Source: an uncultured bacterium
Lineage (GTDB): Bacteria > Oederibacteriota > JAAXVQ01 > JAUVAV01
DNA length: 64,000 bases
Direction of reading: 5' to 3'
Assembly: GCA_963710755.1 (NCBI GenBank)
Contig: CAVQBK010000006.1
Span: 96,001-160,000 of the forward strand
Shown: piece by piece, positions 10,076 to 21,309 of the stretch
How positions within the stretch are numbered: position 1 is the first letter of the stretch
Layout: every line of letters begins with the position of its first letter
Notes under the pieces: model-generated
Told to the model about the DNA's origin: nothing
The model's input: only the letters and a program-made list of their open reading frames with translations
Database searches by the model: none
Program-made: the position numbers and the translations under genes

Positions 10076-11986
10076 TTAATTCTCCCCCGTCAATTTACGG
10101 ATGGCTTCCAGTTTGATGCGGGCCCGTTTGATGTTGACCTTGGCATCGTCATTGTCCGGATCAAGTTTGACCACTTTTTCCCACTCCGCAATGGCTTCCT
10201 CGATTTTGCCGTTCACGTAATAGTCCACCCCTTGATAGTAGGTGGCTTTAATGCGCTCCGCGGCCACCTTGGCTTGCGAACTGGCGCCGGTCAGTTTCAT
10301 AATGTACTGGTTGGCTTCCCGCTGTTGCGGATCATAATCCAGCACCCTATCAAAGTATTGCTTGGCCTCGGCCGTATTGCCCTGATTAAAGGCTTTTTTA
10401 CCTCGTGTCAGGTTGATGTCAATAGCGTCCTTGCGGCCGGCATTGGCCTTGGTCAAGAGCAGGAGCACCGATTTTTCTTGCCGTTTATTGTTAATCTTTT
10501 GGGCCAGCGTCAATAGCTGGCTCAGATTTTTCACGGCCCGGTTATAAGCGTGTTGGGCAATATCCGCCCTGGCCTTGGCCTTATCTCTGGCCATCTTTCT
10601 GGCCAGCACTTTTCCCAAATTGGCCATGGCGGTCTTGGCCGGAGTATAACCGGCTTTCAGCTTGAGGGCCCGGTCATAATAATCAATGGCTTCAAAATAA
10701 TCCCCGTTGGCCTGCGCAGCTTTGCCGGCCTTAACTTGTTTGGCCAAAAATCCGGCCATCTTGGCTTTGGTTTTCTCCAAGCCCTGTTTAGCCCTCAAAG
10801 AGGTCACGTTCAATTGCAGGGCCTGTTCATATAGCTGATAGGCATTTTCCAACATTCCTTTTTTGGAAAACCTGTCCGCTTCATCCAGATATTGAACGAG
10901 CAATTTGGCTTGTTTCTGTTTCGAATCCTGCAAATAAACCTGCGCCTTATGCTGCGTGGGATCAATAGCCAATACCTTTTCAAATTCAGCCATCGCTTCC
11001 GAGAGTTTCTCCTGGGCCAGATAAGTGGTGCCCTGCTGCAAATGGGTTTCAATGCCCAGTTGCTGTGATTGGCCCAACAGATTGAAGGCTTCCCCGTCTT
11101 TGGGATTTAATTCAATTACTTTTTTCAGGGAAGCAATGGCTAAATCGTAACGGGTTTGCAGGAAGTAGGCCATGCCCAGATTAAAATGTGCTTCCGCCAG
11201 ATCAGGTTTAACGGCAATGGCGCGCTTATAAGCGGCTTCCATTTTATCGTACTGCTTTTTCTTGAAATAATTCAGTCCCAAAAGGTAATTGGCTTGAAAG
11301 TGATCCGGATCAAGCTTGACCAGTTTTTCCAGATAAGTAATAGCATGATCCGCATCATTCTGCTGATGGTAAATGAGGGCAATATTGGCCAGGGCATCCT
11401 CGCCTTGAGGATTGATGGCCAAGGCTTGTTGATAGGCGGCCACGGCATCATCATTTTTTTTAGTCTGGGCATACAACCGCCCCAGCTGCAGGTAGGTATC
11501 GTAAAGGTTGTCACGCTGATTGGGTTTGTTTTTGCCGGCTTCGGCGGCCAGGGCCAGGGTCTCGATGGCTTTGTCTTCGCGACGATCGTCCCTATAAGCC
11601 GTGCCCAGCAAATAAAGCGTTTCAAAATCATTGGGCATGACCTTGATGCTTTTCTCAAAGGCATTGATCGCCTTGCCGGGGTCGTGCAGGCTAGAGAGAT
11701 AAAGGCTGCCCAAAATCTGATACGCCAGACCATCTACTTGGCCATGGGCCGCCCGGTCCCCGCGGTTGAGGTTGACACTTTTTTCCAGCATTTGCCTGGC
11801 TTCGTCCAGATGGCCTTGTTGATAAAGGGAGAGTCCCAGATTGTAGTGGGCAATCACATCATTGGGATTGGCGGCCACGGCCTGACGATACGATTTAATG
11901 ATAGGGTTTTCATCAGCTTTAAGCCCAGCCGGCAGAGCCAGCAGGGTGGCCACAATCAAGACATACCAGGATAACAGCGGTTTCAT
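10076..11986 (-). CDS. Secreted multi-TPR protein
   Basis: Signal peptide and many TPR repeats (AHYNLGLSL, AHFNLGMAYF, EAIAEWEKVVKLDPDN). Confidence 0.85.
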   Translation of the reverse strand: MKPLLSWYVLIVATLLALPAGLKADENPIIKSYRQAVAANPNDVIAHYNLGLSLYQQGHLDEARQMLEKSVNLNRGDRAAHGQVDGLAYQILGSLYLSSLHDPGKAINAFEKSIKVMPNDFETLYLLGTAYRDDRREDKAIETLALAAEAGKNKPNQRDNLYDTYLQLGRLYAQTKKNDDAVAAYQQALAINPQGEDALANIALIYHQQNDADHAITYLEKLVKLDPDHFQANYLLGLNYFKKKQYDKMEAAYKRAIAVKPDLAEAHFNLGMAYFLQTRYDLAIASLKKVIELNPKDGEAFNLLGQSQQLGIETHLQQGTTYLAQEKLSEAMAEFEKVLAIDPTQHKAQVYLQDSKQKQAKLLVQYLDEADRFSKKGMLENAYQLYEQALQLNVTSLRAKQGLEKTKAKMAGFLAKQVKAGKAAQANGDYFEAIDYYDRALKLKAGYTPAKTAMANLGKVLARKMARDKAKARADIAQHAYNRAVKNLSQLLTLAQKINNKRQEKSVLLLLTKANAGRKDAIDINLTRGKKAFNQGNTAEAKQYFDRVLDYDPQQREANQYIMKLTGASSQAKVAAERIKATYYQGVDYYVNGKIEEAIAEWEKVVKLDPDNDDAKVNIKRARIKLEAIRKLTGEN

Positions 11987-11998
11987 GTGAGATAACTC

Positions 11999-13024
11999 CT
12001 ATCTTATAGTGAGCCCGGCTTTGTGCTTGCCGTGATCAGTGGATAAAACCAGGTCATAGCGGCCCGGTTGGGGCTGCTTGCCCATCAGGCCTTGGCCGCT
12101 CCAGGCAACCGTATTGAGCCCTGCTGAAAAATAACCTTTGCTGACAATGTCAAACAAGGTTTGACGATGACTGACCACTGATAACTCCACCTTCCCTGCC
12201 TGGGGCAAGGTGAAGTAAATGATTAGATGATCATCCTTGCCTGGTGTATACACTTTGGCGGCAGGCAGCAGCACCGTGTCCTGGGGCGGCAGAGGTAAAT
12301 AGCTGAGCTTCAGATCATCCAGATAGGCCTGGGTTTTATAAGTAAATACCCCTATTTTCCCGGCGCCCATTCCCGCATCATTGGTCACCCGTACTTCCTT
12401 GCCATTAAGCCCTACCGTTATGCGATCCCCATAGCACCCAATGCTCAGGGTATGCCATTGATCGGGCTTGGAGCCTATGGGCAGAATGAACAGAACCTCT
12501 TCCCCGGCAGGGGGACGTTTGCCTGTGACGCCGGCCACGCTCACCGGTGGCGCTTTCCCGGAGACAGACGGACGGGCGTCGTAACGGATGAGCGCAATAT
12601 TGGCCGCGGTCAGCCGGCATTTATAATAATGCTGATCATCACGACGGCGAAAAATCACGCCCATCTGCCAATTTTTAGTTTTGTGATCAAAGGTGTCGGC
12701 CCTCAGACGCACCGAAAATTCAAAATTGGCGTAGTCCGCCCGGCTGAGCAGCATTTGGGTGCTGCGGCGCAGCTCTTTTTGCCGGAGGACTTTATTGACC
12801 GGCTGTTGCGGTTCTTTGGTGATCTGCCAGTCTCCGCTTGCGGATTGCCAACCCATGGGCAATGCTTTGCCCTCCAGACGTTGCATGGTCCATTTTTTCC
12901 GGATAGGGTTGGTTAGATCATGACCCGGCTTGGACCCTTTTTGGGCGTGCGTTTCCTGTATCCACAATCCCGTGCTCACGGCCATCAAGGTCAAAACCAA
13001 TAAATATTTTCCTGCCAGCTTCAT
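11999..13024 (-). CDS. Secreted protein with DUF1080/ConA-like sugar-binding domain and C-terminal FlgD-Ig-like domain
   Basis: Signal peptide; GDWQI...YANFEFSVRLR...WHTLSI...GKIGVF...YLDDLK (DUF1080-like); C-terminus IYFTLPQAGKVEL...GLNTVAWSG...PGRYDLVL. Confidence 0.62.
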   Translation of the reverse strand: MKLAGKYLLVLTLMAVSTGLWIQETHAQKGSKPGHDLTNPIRKKWTMQRLEGKALPMGWQSASGDWQITKEPQQPVNKVLRQKELRRSTQMLLSRADYANFEFSVRLRADTFDHKTKNWQMGVIFRRRDDQHYYKCRLTAANIALIRYDARPSVSGKAPPVSVAGVTGKRPPAGEEVLFILPIGSKPDQWHTLSIGCYGDRITVGLNGKEVRVTNDAGMGAGKIGVFTYKTQAYLDDLKLSYLPLPPQDTVLLPAAKVYTPGKDDHLIIYFTLPQAGKVELSVVSHRQTLFDIVSKGYFSAGLNTVAWSGQGLMGKQPQPGRYDLVLSTDHGKHKAGLTIR

Positions 13025-13094
13025 AATTCACTCCTATGGTGACATTGGTTGCGTTAGTGGTGCCTTCCCAGGTGACGGCTTCACCGGGCGGCTT

Positions 13095-14147
13095 TTATTT
13101 GATCCGGTTGCGCCGGTAATTCATAATATCCGCACCATAGCCGGACCAGGGCTTGCCCAATAACCGTCCGGCAAATTGGAAGTCTTGTATGGCCTGGGCG
13201 TATTCCCCGTTTTTCTCCCTTAAGATGCCCAGATTGGCCACCGCCTCCGGACGGTTGCGGTCAAGATTGAACGCCTCCAGCCACCATTGTCCGGCCGCCT
13301 TCAGATCGCCTTTGGCCGCTGCGTCATTGCCCTGGCGTATTAACTGGTCGTATTTGGCCGGGCCCGTGGCCATGGCCAGTTGCCGGTCACGCAGGACGGT
13401 GTCCTGGAACAGGGGTTGAAACAGGCTCTGCGCCAATGTGTCCAGGGCCAGCTGGGAAGCTTGCTGATCATTCATCCAATAGCCCTGCGCACCTTGCTCC
13501 TCGTCCCATTGGCCATGGTAAGCGCGGGCCAGACTCGCCTCTCTTTCCCATAAGAGGGCTCCAGTGCGGGCATCCACAATACGGGCTTTGACCCGGACCT
13601 GCACCTGGCGGGAAACCGTGGTCACTGGAATCTGTTGATAGACAGGTTCATAGGTGACCACAACGCGGGTATTGCCGGCGCTGTCCACCAGCTTTTGTTC
13701 CACCGACTTTTCCCCGATTTTGCGGCGGCGATAGCTATAACGGGTATCTTTATCCATCTTCAGGTCACTGAGGTCACCGAAACAGAAAGCATCCGTATGG
13801 ATATGATCGGCAACGAATTGCAATGTCCTTAAGTCCTGGAACTGGCTTGGTCTTAGCCGGGCTTCGCGGATGAACATGCGGACAGATTCCGGGTCATTGA
13901 GGGCATACTGGCCGTCCTTTTCAAAAAGACGGCGGGCAGCCTGGGTAAACACCACACCCGTGTTGCGCTCACCCAGTTCCGTAGTGAAATCGAGAATGGC
14001 TATTTTTTGAATGTCCTTTAATTCCACCTGGCTGGGTCGCGGCTGCTGCAAACGCATCACCACCGTGGTCATACTGCATCCGGCCAGAGGCACGACCAGG
14101 GCCAGAGCAAGCCTGACTAATCCTTTTTGAAAGCTAAAACGTAGCAT
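13095..14147 (-). CDS. Lipoprotein, CsgG/HfaB/TolB-N-like domain plus C-terminal TPR
   Basis: Lipobox VPLAGC; KIAILDF...ARIVDARTGALLW; C-terminal TPR (PEAVANLGILREKNGEYAQA). Start taken at MLRFSF. Confidence 0.6.
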   Translation of the reverse strand: MLRFSFQKGLVRLALALVVPLAGCSMTTVVMRLQQPRPSQVELKDIQKIAILDFTTELGERNTGVVFTQAARRLFEKDGQYALNDPESVRMFIREARLRPSQFQDLRTLQFVADHIHTDAFCFGDLSDLKMDKDTRYSYRRRKIGEKSVEQKLVDSAGNTRVVVTYEPVYQQIPVTTVSRQVQVRVKARIVDARTGALLWEREASLARAYHGQWDEEQGAQGYWMNDQQASQLALDTLAQSLFQPLFQDTVLRDRQLAMATGPAKYDQLIRQGNDAAAKGDLKAAGQWWLEAFNLDRNRPEAVANLGILREKNGEYAQAIQDFQFAGRLLGKPWSGYGADIMNYRRNRIK

Positions 14148-14248
14148 AAAAATACCTTGACCCGTGTTATCCAAATAAAAGTATGGTACATAAAAATAAA
14201 TTTTACTTGTAGGGGCTCAACCGGTGGAGTCCCTGCAGAATCTCCGGC

Positions 14249-16081
14249 TCAGGATAGGACTTTTTTTAAATGCCGGTGGATAGCCAGTGCCAAGGCTTTA
14301 TCTATACCGGCAATAGTTTGCAAGCCTTCAATACTGGTATTCAATATGGCTTCCACGCTGCCGCATTGCTGCAAGAGTCTGCGTTTTTTAACCGGGCCCA
14401 GACCTTCGATCTGGTCCAGAACCGAAGCCTGCAACCGTTTGGATCTTAATTTGCGGTGATAGGTGATGGCAAAGCGGTGGGCTTCATCACGCAGCCTGGT
14501 CAGCAAGCCGATCGTGGGCGAGGTCATGGCCAGTTGCAGGGGCTCCATTTGCCCGGGCTGATAGATCTCTTCGTGTTTTTTGGCCAGGCCGATCATGGAA
14601 ATATGGGTTAAGCCCAATTCCTGCAGCACCTGCAACCCGGCGGAAAGTTGACCTGCACCACCGTCCACCACCACCAGATCAGGGACCTTGGCCCCTTCTT
14701 CCTGCAGGCGTTTAAAGCGCCGGAAGAGCATCTCCTGCATCATGGCAAAGTCGTTGGGTCCGCTAATGGAGTTGATTTTATAACGCCGGTATTCCTGCTT
14801 GTCGGGCAAGCCGTTGGTAAACACCACCCTTGATCCGACGGCATCCTGACCGCTAATGTTGGAGATGTCATAGCCTTCAATACGCACCGGCAGTTGCTCC
14901 AGAGAGAGTCGTTTTTTTACATCCTCCAGCACCTGACGCGATTCCTCGCTCAACCCTTCACTCCAGGTCTCATCCTGGTGTTTGAGATAGAGCCAGGCAT
15001 TGGTATCCGCCATGGCCAGCAGCCGCTGTTCCTCGTCATTTTCCGGTTGCCGTATAACCACCGGGCTTTCCTTCTTGGTCTCCAGCCATTTTAAGAGCAG
15101 CGGTTTATCGGCCGGGTCGCCGCGCAGGATGATCGTGGCTGGAATGTCCACGGGTTGGGCATAATATTGGGTGATCACCTGTGCATGCAGTTCGCTCTCC
15201 GAACTGAGCCCCACATGCTGCAGGCTGAAATTGCGGCGCCCTTCCAGATTACCCGCCCGTACATGGAACAACTCCACTGCGGCATGCTGCCCGCTTCGGG
15301 CCAGCGCCAGGAAATCTTTATTCTGAAAATCAGCGGACCGTACGGAAGGCAGGTTGCGGACTCTGGCAAAATGCTCCAATTGATCGCGGTAAGCAGCTGC
15401 AGCTTCAAAGTCTTCCCGGGCGGCCGCCTCGTTCATCTTGCGCTTCAGCTTCGGGGTGATGGAATCTTTGCGGCCTTCCATAAAATCCATTAAGCCCCGG
15501 ATCTGTTTACGGTAATCCTGGAGGGAAACCAATCCCAAACAGGCCCCGGTGCAGCGTTTCATTTGATAATAAAGGCAGGCTCGTTTATTTTTCGGCGGTC
15601 CCTGCAGCGGTATCTTCTTGGGACAAAGGCCAAAAGCCAGGACCAGTTCGCGCGCCACCAACTTGGCCGGCAGGCCCACATAGGGGCCGTAATAATGGCC
15701 CTGGTCCACATAGGGTTTTCTGGTCACCACCAGCCGTGGATAGTACTCATCTTGCGTAATTTTAAGATAGGGGTAACTTTTATCATCACGCATGAGTACG
15801 TTGTATTTGGGCCGGTGCTTTTTAATCAGGGTATATTCCAGCATGAGCGCTTCGATTTCCGAATCCGTCACCATGAATTCAACCCTGGCTATTTTGGTGA
15901 CCATGGCCCTGGTTTTGGGATCCAGACTGTCCAGAGGCCGTCGATAGGAGCTAAGCCGGTTTTTGAGGGTAATGGCCTTACCCACATAAATGATTTCATC
16001 TTTGGCGTCGTGCATCAGGTAAACGCCCGGTGCTTCCGGCGGATTGGAAGCCTTTATGATCGCATCTGCAGGATTAATCAT
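14249..16081 (-). CDS. uvrC: Excinuclease ABC subunit C
   Basis: GIY-YIG (PGVYLM...IIYVGKA), [32 protein letters not shown], and HhH C-terminus. Confidence 0.98.
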   Translation of the reverse strand: MINPADAIIKASNPPEAPGVYLMHDAKDEIIYVGKAITLKNRLSSYRRPLDSLDPKTRAMVTKIARVEFMVTDSEIEALMLEYTLIKKHRPKYNVLMRDDKSYPYLKITQDEYYPRLVVTRKPYVDQGHYYGPYVGLPAKLVARELVLAFGLCPKKIPLQGPPKNKRACLYYQMKRCTGACLGLVSLQDYRKQIRGLMDFMEGRKDSITPKLKRKMNEAAAREDFEAAAAYRDQLEHFARVRNLPSVRSADFQNKDFLALARSGQHAAVELFHVRAGNLEGRRNFSLQHVGLSSESELHAQVITQYYAQPVDIPATIILRGDPADKPLLLKWLETKKESPVVIRQPENDEEQRLLAMADTNAWLYLKHQDETWSEGLSEESRQVLEDVKKRLSLEQLPVRIEGYDISNISGQDAVGSRVVFTNGLPDKQEYRRYKINSISGPNDFAMMQEMLFRRFKRLQEEGAKVPDLVVVDGGAGQLSAGLQVLQELGLTHISMIGLAKKHEEIYQPGQMEPLQLAMTSPTIGLLTRLRDEAHRFAITYHRKLRSKRLQASVLDQIEGLGPVKKRRLLQQCGSVEAILNTSIEGLQTIAGIDKALALAIHRHLKKVLS

Positions 16082-18156
16082 TCCCTTCCCATTCTGCGTG
16101 CCACCCGTTTCTCCACGCTCCTGGAAACCTTACGCCGCGGTTTCTTCCTGCTCTTGATCTCCGGCATGGTTGCACGCCCCGGGTTTAGACCGCGCAGATA
16201 ATGGAGTTGATCGCGCAGCTCGGCCGCTTTTTCAAAATCCAGGTCCTTGGCGGCCTGCTTCATGGCCCGCTCTAAAGCCATAATACGGCGAGGCACTTCT
16301 TCGGGCAGGAGGTATTCGCCCTGCGCCTCGGCCGCGGTGGGAATGGTGAAGTAGTCGTGTTCGTAGATGCTCTCCAGCACCGGTTTGATGTCCTTTTTGA
16401 TGCTTTCCGGCGTGATATGATGGGCCTGATTATAAGCTAATTGATGTTCCCGGCGACGGTTGGTCTCGGAAATGGCGTATTCCAGGGATTTGGTCATATG
16501 ATCAGCGTAAAGAATTACCTGGCCGTTGACATGACGGGCCGCACGGCCAATGGTCTGGATTAGCGACGTGTTGGAGCGCAAAAACCCTTCTTTGTCCGCG
16601 TCCAGAATAGTCACCAGCGAGACTTCCGGTAAATCCAGGCCCTCCCGCAGCAGGTTAATGCCCACCAGGCAGTCAATCTCCCCCTCACGCAGGGACCGGA
16701 TGATTTGAATCCGCTGCAGCGTGTCAATATCGGAGTGCATATAACCCACTTTAATGCCCACTTCAGCCAGATATTTGCTTAAATCTTCGGCCATGCGTTT
16801 GGTCAGGGTGGTGACCAGTACCCGTTCCTGCAGGGCCACCCTTTTTTTGATCTCACCAATGAGGTGGTCCACCTGGCTTTTGGCCGGTTGAACGATGATT
16901 TCCGGATCAATTAAACCGGTAGGCCGGATGAGTTGTTCCACCACCTGATGCCGGCAGCGGGCTAACTCATAAGGTCCGGGCGTGGCGGAGACATAGAGCA
17001 CTTGCTTAACCCGCTGTTCAAATTCGTCAAAATTGAGAGGCCGGTTGTCATACGCCGAGGGCAACCGGAAACCGTAATTGATCAGATTTTTTTTGCGGGC
17101 CCGATCACCATTGTACATGGCCCGCAGTTGCGGTATGGTGACATGGGATTCATCAATGACCACCAAGCTGTCCTGGGGAAAGTAATCGAGCAGGGTGTAG
17201 GGTGGTTCGCCGGGTTTGCGCCCTTCCATATGGCGCGAATAATTTTCAATGCCCTGACAATAGCCCAGTTCCTGGATCATTTCGATGTCAAAAGCCGTTC
17301 GCCGTCTTAACCTTTCGGCTTCCAACACCTGCCCCGATTTTTCCATGACCGGAATCACGTCCTCCAATTCTTTACGGATGGAGGCTATGGCCAGCGTGAG
17401 TTTGTCCTGGGGCACAACATAATGCCGGGCCGGATAAATGTTAAGTCGATCCAGTTGGGCCTTGACTTTGCCGGTGATATTATCAATACGGGCGATTTTT
17501 TCCAGGGTGTTGCCAAAGAAATCCAGGCGGTAGGCATCCTCTTCATAAGCCGGATGAATTTCGATAACATCGCCTTTGACCCGAAAGCGGCCGCGGAAGA
17601 AATCCACATCGCCCCGTTCATACTGCATTTCCACCAACTGGGCCAGCAAGGCGTCCTGGCTCCAATCGCGGCCTGTTTCCAAGGCCAGGTACATGCCCTT
17701 GAAATTTTCAGGCGATCCCAAGCCATAGATACAAGAGACGGAGGCCACGACAATAGTGTCGCGCCGTTCCATCAGCGCATAAGTGGCTTCCAAGCGCAGA
17801 CGGTCCAGTTCCTCATTGATGGAAGCGTCCTTCTCAATGTAGGTGTCCGGACCGGGCAGATAAGCCTCCGGTTGGTAATAGTCATAGTAAGAAACAAAGT
17901 AACGGACAGCATTATTGGGAAAAAATTCCTTAAATTCCCCGTAGAGCTGGGCTGCCAGGGTTTTATTATGAGAGATCACCAAGGTAGGCCGCTGCAGCTC
18001 CTGAATCAGATTGGCGATGGTAAACGTTTTGCCCGAGCCTGTGACCCCGAGCAAGGTAGAGGCCCGCTCCCCGCTTTTAATGCGGTCCGCCAGCGCGTGG
18101 ATAGCCTGGGGCTGGTCACCATTGGGTTTAAAGGTAGAGTTCAGTTCAAAATTCAT
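16078..18156 (-). CDS. uvrB: Excinuclease ABC subunit B
   Basis: [48 protein letters not shown]. Confidence 0.99.
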   Translation of the reverse strand: MNFELNSTFKPNGDQPQAIHALADRIKSGERASTLLGVTGSGKTFTIANLIQELQRPTLVISHNKTLAAQLYGEFKEFFPNNAVRYFVSYYDYYQPEAYLPGPDTYIEKDASINEELDRLRLEATYALMERRDTIVVASVSCIYGLGSPENFKGMYLALETGRDWSQDALLAQLVEMQYERGDVDFFRGRFRVKGDVIEIHPAYEEDAYRLDFFGNTLEKIARIDNITGKVKAQLDRLNIYPARHYVVPQDKLTLAIASIRKELEDVIPVMEKSGQVLEAERLRRRTAFDIEMIQELGYCQGIENYSRHMEGRKPGEPPYTLLDYFPQDSLVVIDESHVTIPQLRAMYNGDRARKKNLINYGFRLPSAYDNRPLNFDEFEQRVKQVLYVSATPGPYELARCRHQVVEQLIRPTGLIDPEIIVQPAKSQVDHLIGEIKKRVALQERVLVTTLTKRMAEDLSKYLAEVGIKVGYMHSDIDTLQRIQIIRSLREGEIDCLVGINLLREGLDLPEVSLVTILDADKEGFLRSNTSLIQTIGRAARHVNGQVILYADHMTKSLEYAISETNRRREHQLAYNQAHHITPESIKKDIKPVLESIYEHDYFTIPTAAEAQGEYLLPEEVPRRIMALERAMKQAAKDLDFEKAAELRDQLHYLRGLNPGRATMPEIKSRKKPRRKVSRSVEKRVARRMGRE

Positions 18157-18158
18157 AA

Positions 18159-19313
18159 TTAGCCAATATTTTTCTTGTCATAAATTTTCTTTAATAATTT
18201 TCGCACTTCTTTATGCACGGGATCAATTTCCAAGACCCGTTGGCAGATGCGCAAGGCTTCCACCAGCATATGCTGGTTAATATACATTTGGGCCTGAGTC
18301 ATTAGTATTTGCAGATCCTTTTCCTCATCTTCCTGCGGCCCGGAAGGCATGCGCTCAACCGTTTCTTGGTTGTGCTCACTATTTTGAGACCCCAGTTTTT
18401 CCCGTTCGCGCCGGTCCTGAACCGCCTGTCGCAGGCGCGCTTCGGCCCGGCGCCGCAGCTCTTCCATCTCATTGAAGGTGGTGCTCAAATCCGTTTTGGG
18501 TATTTCTTTTTTGACACTTGCAGGTTGGCTGGGGGCAAAGGGCCCGGCCGGCGTCGAGGCCGCCTGCGGCGGGGCCGGTGACGCTGACTCAGCCGTCGTT
18601 TCACGGGTTAGTTCGCGATATAGAGCGTTGAGTTTGTTTTTGATGCGCTGATCATCGGGCTGGAAACGCAGAATGGTCAGATAGGTTTCAATAGCTTCGT
18701 CCCAGGATCGTTGGGTTTCGTACCGCTCCGCCATGCGGGCTAAATTACCGACCAATTCTTCATTGCTCTGCGGTTCGACAGACTCCGTTTTTTTTATAGC
18801 CACGAATCCTCTGGGCTGTGGTTTTTGATTATCCAAGGGTTGACTGCGCACCAGCAGTTCGATTTCTTCCAGTTTGCTTTCCACTGATTCCATTTCCGGA
18901 ACTTTAAAGGATAATTTCCGGCAATAATCAAGTGCGGTTTCCAGATCCCCACTGTGGATCAGGCCTTCTATGGTTTCCAGCCTTATGTCCACCAACTCGC
19001 CGATTTTCAGTTTGGCCTCGCCATGGTTCTGGTTTTGCTTTAAGACTTGTTTGTAAGCATGAATGGCTTTTTCGATGTTGTTGGTGGCGTAGAGCAAATT
19101 GGCGGCTTTCAAATATTCACTCACCGCCTTGCTTTTATCCCCTTTACGCAGATAAATTTCCGCCATCATGTTGTGCACCAGGAAATCCATGGGATCGATC
19201 AAGGCCAGTTTTTCATACTCCGAAAGGGCCAGATCCCACTTGCCGTCCTGGAAATAATTGTAGGCCACTTTGACAATAATGCGCTTTTCATCTTGGTCGG
19301 ACATGGAGGTCAC
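18159..19313 (-). CDS. Cytoplasmic TPR protein, first gene of the uvrBC operon
   Basis: TPR repeats at the N- and C-termini, low-complexity linkers, 2-bp gap to uvrB. Confidence 0.75.
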   Translation of the reverse strand: MTSMSDQDEKRIIVKVAYNYFQDGKWDLALSEYEKLALIDPMDFLVHNMMAEIYLRKGDKSKAVSEYLKAANLLYATNNIEKAIHAYKQVLKQNQNHGEAKLKIGELVDIRLETIEGLIHSGDLETALDYCRKLSFKVPEMESVESKLEEIELLVRSQPLDNQKPQPRGFVAIKKTESVEPQSNEELVGNLARMAERYETQRSWDEAIETYLTILRFQPDDQRIKNKLNALYRELTRETTAESASPAPPQAASTPAGPFAPSQPASVKKEIPKTDLSTTFNEMEELRRRAEARLRQAVQDRREREKLGSQNSEHNQETVERMPSGPQEDEEKDLQILMTQAQMYINQHMLVEALRICQRVLEIDPVHKEVRKLLKKIYDKKNIG

Positions 19314-19396
19314 ATTTTCCTTTTAAATTAAACCAGCAGTTTATTCTCTGAACATGGGATATGGGGCTTTTTTCCTTTGGGTGGCGCGATGTCCCT

Positions 19397-19425
19397 AGTG
19401 TACTGCCAATATAAGGAGATTGCAA
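19397..19425 (-). promoter_or_regulatory. sigma70-type promoter for TPR-uvrB-uvrC
   Basis: TTGCAA-17 nt-TACACT on the minus strand. Confidence 0.55.
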
Positions 19426-19514
19426 TTTTTTTATGACCTGCACCTGAGATGCGTCAAGCGGGCCTGCTCAGCCATTGCCCAAACGCTTTTACCCTATCCG
19501 GACCAGGCGACTGC

Positions 19515-19543
19515 TTGACAGTCCCGGTTTTGAAGGGTACCAT
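19515..19543 (+). promoter_or_regulatory. sigma70-type promoter for cvpA
   Basis: TTGACA-17 nt-TACCAT, 28 nt before the ATG at 19572. Confidence 0.6.
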
Positions 19544-19571
19544 AAAGCAAATTCAGAACAAAGGACAGTGC

Positions 19572-20063
19572 ATGAACAGCCTGGATGTGGTTATTATCAT
19601 TGCCTTGATCTTCAGTTTCTTTCTGGGATGGAAACTACGGGCCCTACATTTGCTGGGCATGCTTTTGTCTCTGGTGGTGGGCATTTGGGCGGCCAATCAC
19701 TATCACCACTATGCCCAGGGGTTGGTCGCGGCTTTGGGCCCCACGTTCACCCCCATGGCCGCTTGGCTCCTGACCTTTTTGGCTGCCGCCATCGCGGTCT
19801 CCCTGGTGGTGACCGTGGTAGCGAAAACCTTTGATTTGATCCGCCTGCAGTGGCTGGACCGGTTATTGGGTGCCGGGTTATCCATGGTATTCATGCTGGG
19901 GCTGCTTTCGATTCTGTTGATCATGATCAATGTTATGGCCCAGGCCAACCACTGGGTTATTATGGATAAAAGCCTTTTGGCCAAACCGCTTTTAAATATC
20001 ACCAAGCCTCTGTTACAAAAAAAATTAAAGCAATACCCCTCAACACGCCAAGTCGTGCTGTGA
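19572..20063 (+). CDS. cvpA: CvpA family membrane protein
   Basis: MNSLDVVIII...GW...WLDRLLGAG...SLLAKPL pattern, 4 TM segments, AAGGA RBS. Confidence 0.8.
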   Translation: MNSLDVVIIIALIFSFFLGWKLRALHLLGMLLSLVVGIWAANHYHHYAQGLVAALGPTFTPMAAWLLTFLAAAIAVSLVVTVVAKTFDLIRLQWLDRLLGAGLSMVFMLGLLSILLIMINVMAQANHWVIMDKSLLAKPLLNITKPLLQKKLKQYPSTRQVVL

Positions 20064-20292
20064 CGCGGCCTCCCGACCTCTTCTGCCAGCTTCAATAACC
20101 AAGGGGAAAGAAGAACAAGCCACAGCTCACACTGATTAAGCTACCAACAGCGTTATGCTATTGACTATTTCTATTCGTTCCCATGCCGAAGGCATAGAAT
20201 CGAGATCGCTTTGTGCCGTATCGGGCAACAGCAGGACTTTTTTTTGTTCCAACAGGAATTGAGTTTTGGGATTTCTTCAGGAAGTAAGGTTT

Positions 20293-21309
20293 TTAAAATT
20301 GCTCCAAAAAGCGTAAGTCATTCTCAAAAAAGTAGCGCATATGGTCAATGCCATACTTTAGGATGGTGATGCGTTCCACGCCCATGCCAAAAGCAAACCC
20401 AGTATAACGTTCCGGGTCAATGTTTCCTGATTTGAGCACATTGGGATGGACCATGCCCGCTCCCAAAATCTCCATCCACCCTGTGCCTTTGCACAGGTTA
20501 CACCCTTTGCCACCACAGTTGACACAGCTAATATCAATCTCCGCCGAGGGTTCGGTAAAAGGGAAAAATGCCGGCCGAAAGCGCAGGGACAACTTTTCTC
20601 CGAACATGGCCTTCACAAATTGAGTCAGCACTGATTTTAAATCGGAAAAGGACACCGCTTCATCGATCATCAGGCCTTCCACCTGGTGAAACATGGGTGA
20701 ATGGGAGGCATCGTCATCGCAACGGTAGGTTTTTCCCGGCATGATGGCCCGGATGGGAGGACTGGTTTTTTCCATCAGCCGCACCTGTACCGGAGAAGTA
20801 TGGGTACGAAGCAGGATTTTGTCGGTAATAAAAAAAGTATCATGTTCATCCCGCGAAGGGTGATCGGCAGGAAAATTCATGGCTTCAAAATTATAGTAGT
20901 CACTCTCTACTTCCGGCCCTTCCACGGTCATGAAGCCCATGGAGGTGAAGATGTCTTTGATCTCGTCAATGGTCTGATTGAGAATATGCAGGTGTCCGGT
21001 GGATGAAGGCCGGCCCGGCAAAGTCGGATCAGGCTGCAGGTCGCGATCAGCCATCCATTGCTGTTTTTTAAGGGTTTCCGTCTGTTGTTCCAGGAGGATG
21101 GTTAACTTATCCTTGATTTCATTGGCCCGCTGGCCTACCATGGGCCTTTCCTCGGGGGTCAAGTCTTTTAACCCATGGAGCACTTTGGTCAAGGCACCTT
21201 TTCGCCCCAGCACAGCAATACGCAAGTCCTCCAACTGCTTCAACTCCCGGGACGCTTCCACCGTGCTTTTGGTATCTTGGTAAAGTTTGTCCAACTGTTC
21301 CAATATCAC
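20293..21309 (-). CDS. pheS: Phenylalanine--tRNA ligase alpha subunit
   Basis: LLRTHTSPVQ, HSPMFHQVEG, FFPFTEPSAE, GFAFGMGVER, ENDLRFLEQF. Confidence 0.98.
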   Translation of the reverse strand: MILEQLDKLYQDTKSTVEASRELKQLEDLRIAVLGRKGALTKVLHGLKDLTPEERPMVGQRANEIKDKLTILLEQQTETLKKQQWMADRDLQPDPTLPGRPSSTGHLHILNQTIDEIKDIFTSMGFMTVEGPEVESDYYNFEAMNFPADHPSRDEHDTFFITDKILLRTHTSPVQVRLMEKTSPPIRAIMPGKTYRCDDDASHSPMFHQVEGLMIDEAVSFSDLKSVLTQFVKAMFGEKLSLRFRPAFFPFTEPSAEIDISCVNCGGKGCNLCKGTGWMEILGAGMVHPNVLKSGNIDPERYTGFAFGMGVERITILKYGIDHMRYFFENDLRFLEQF

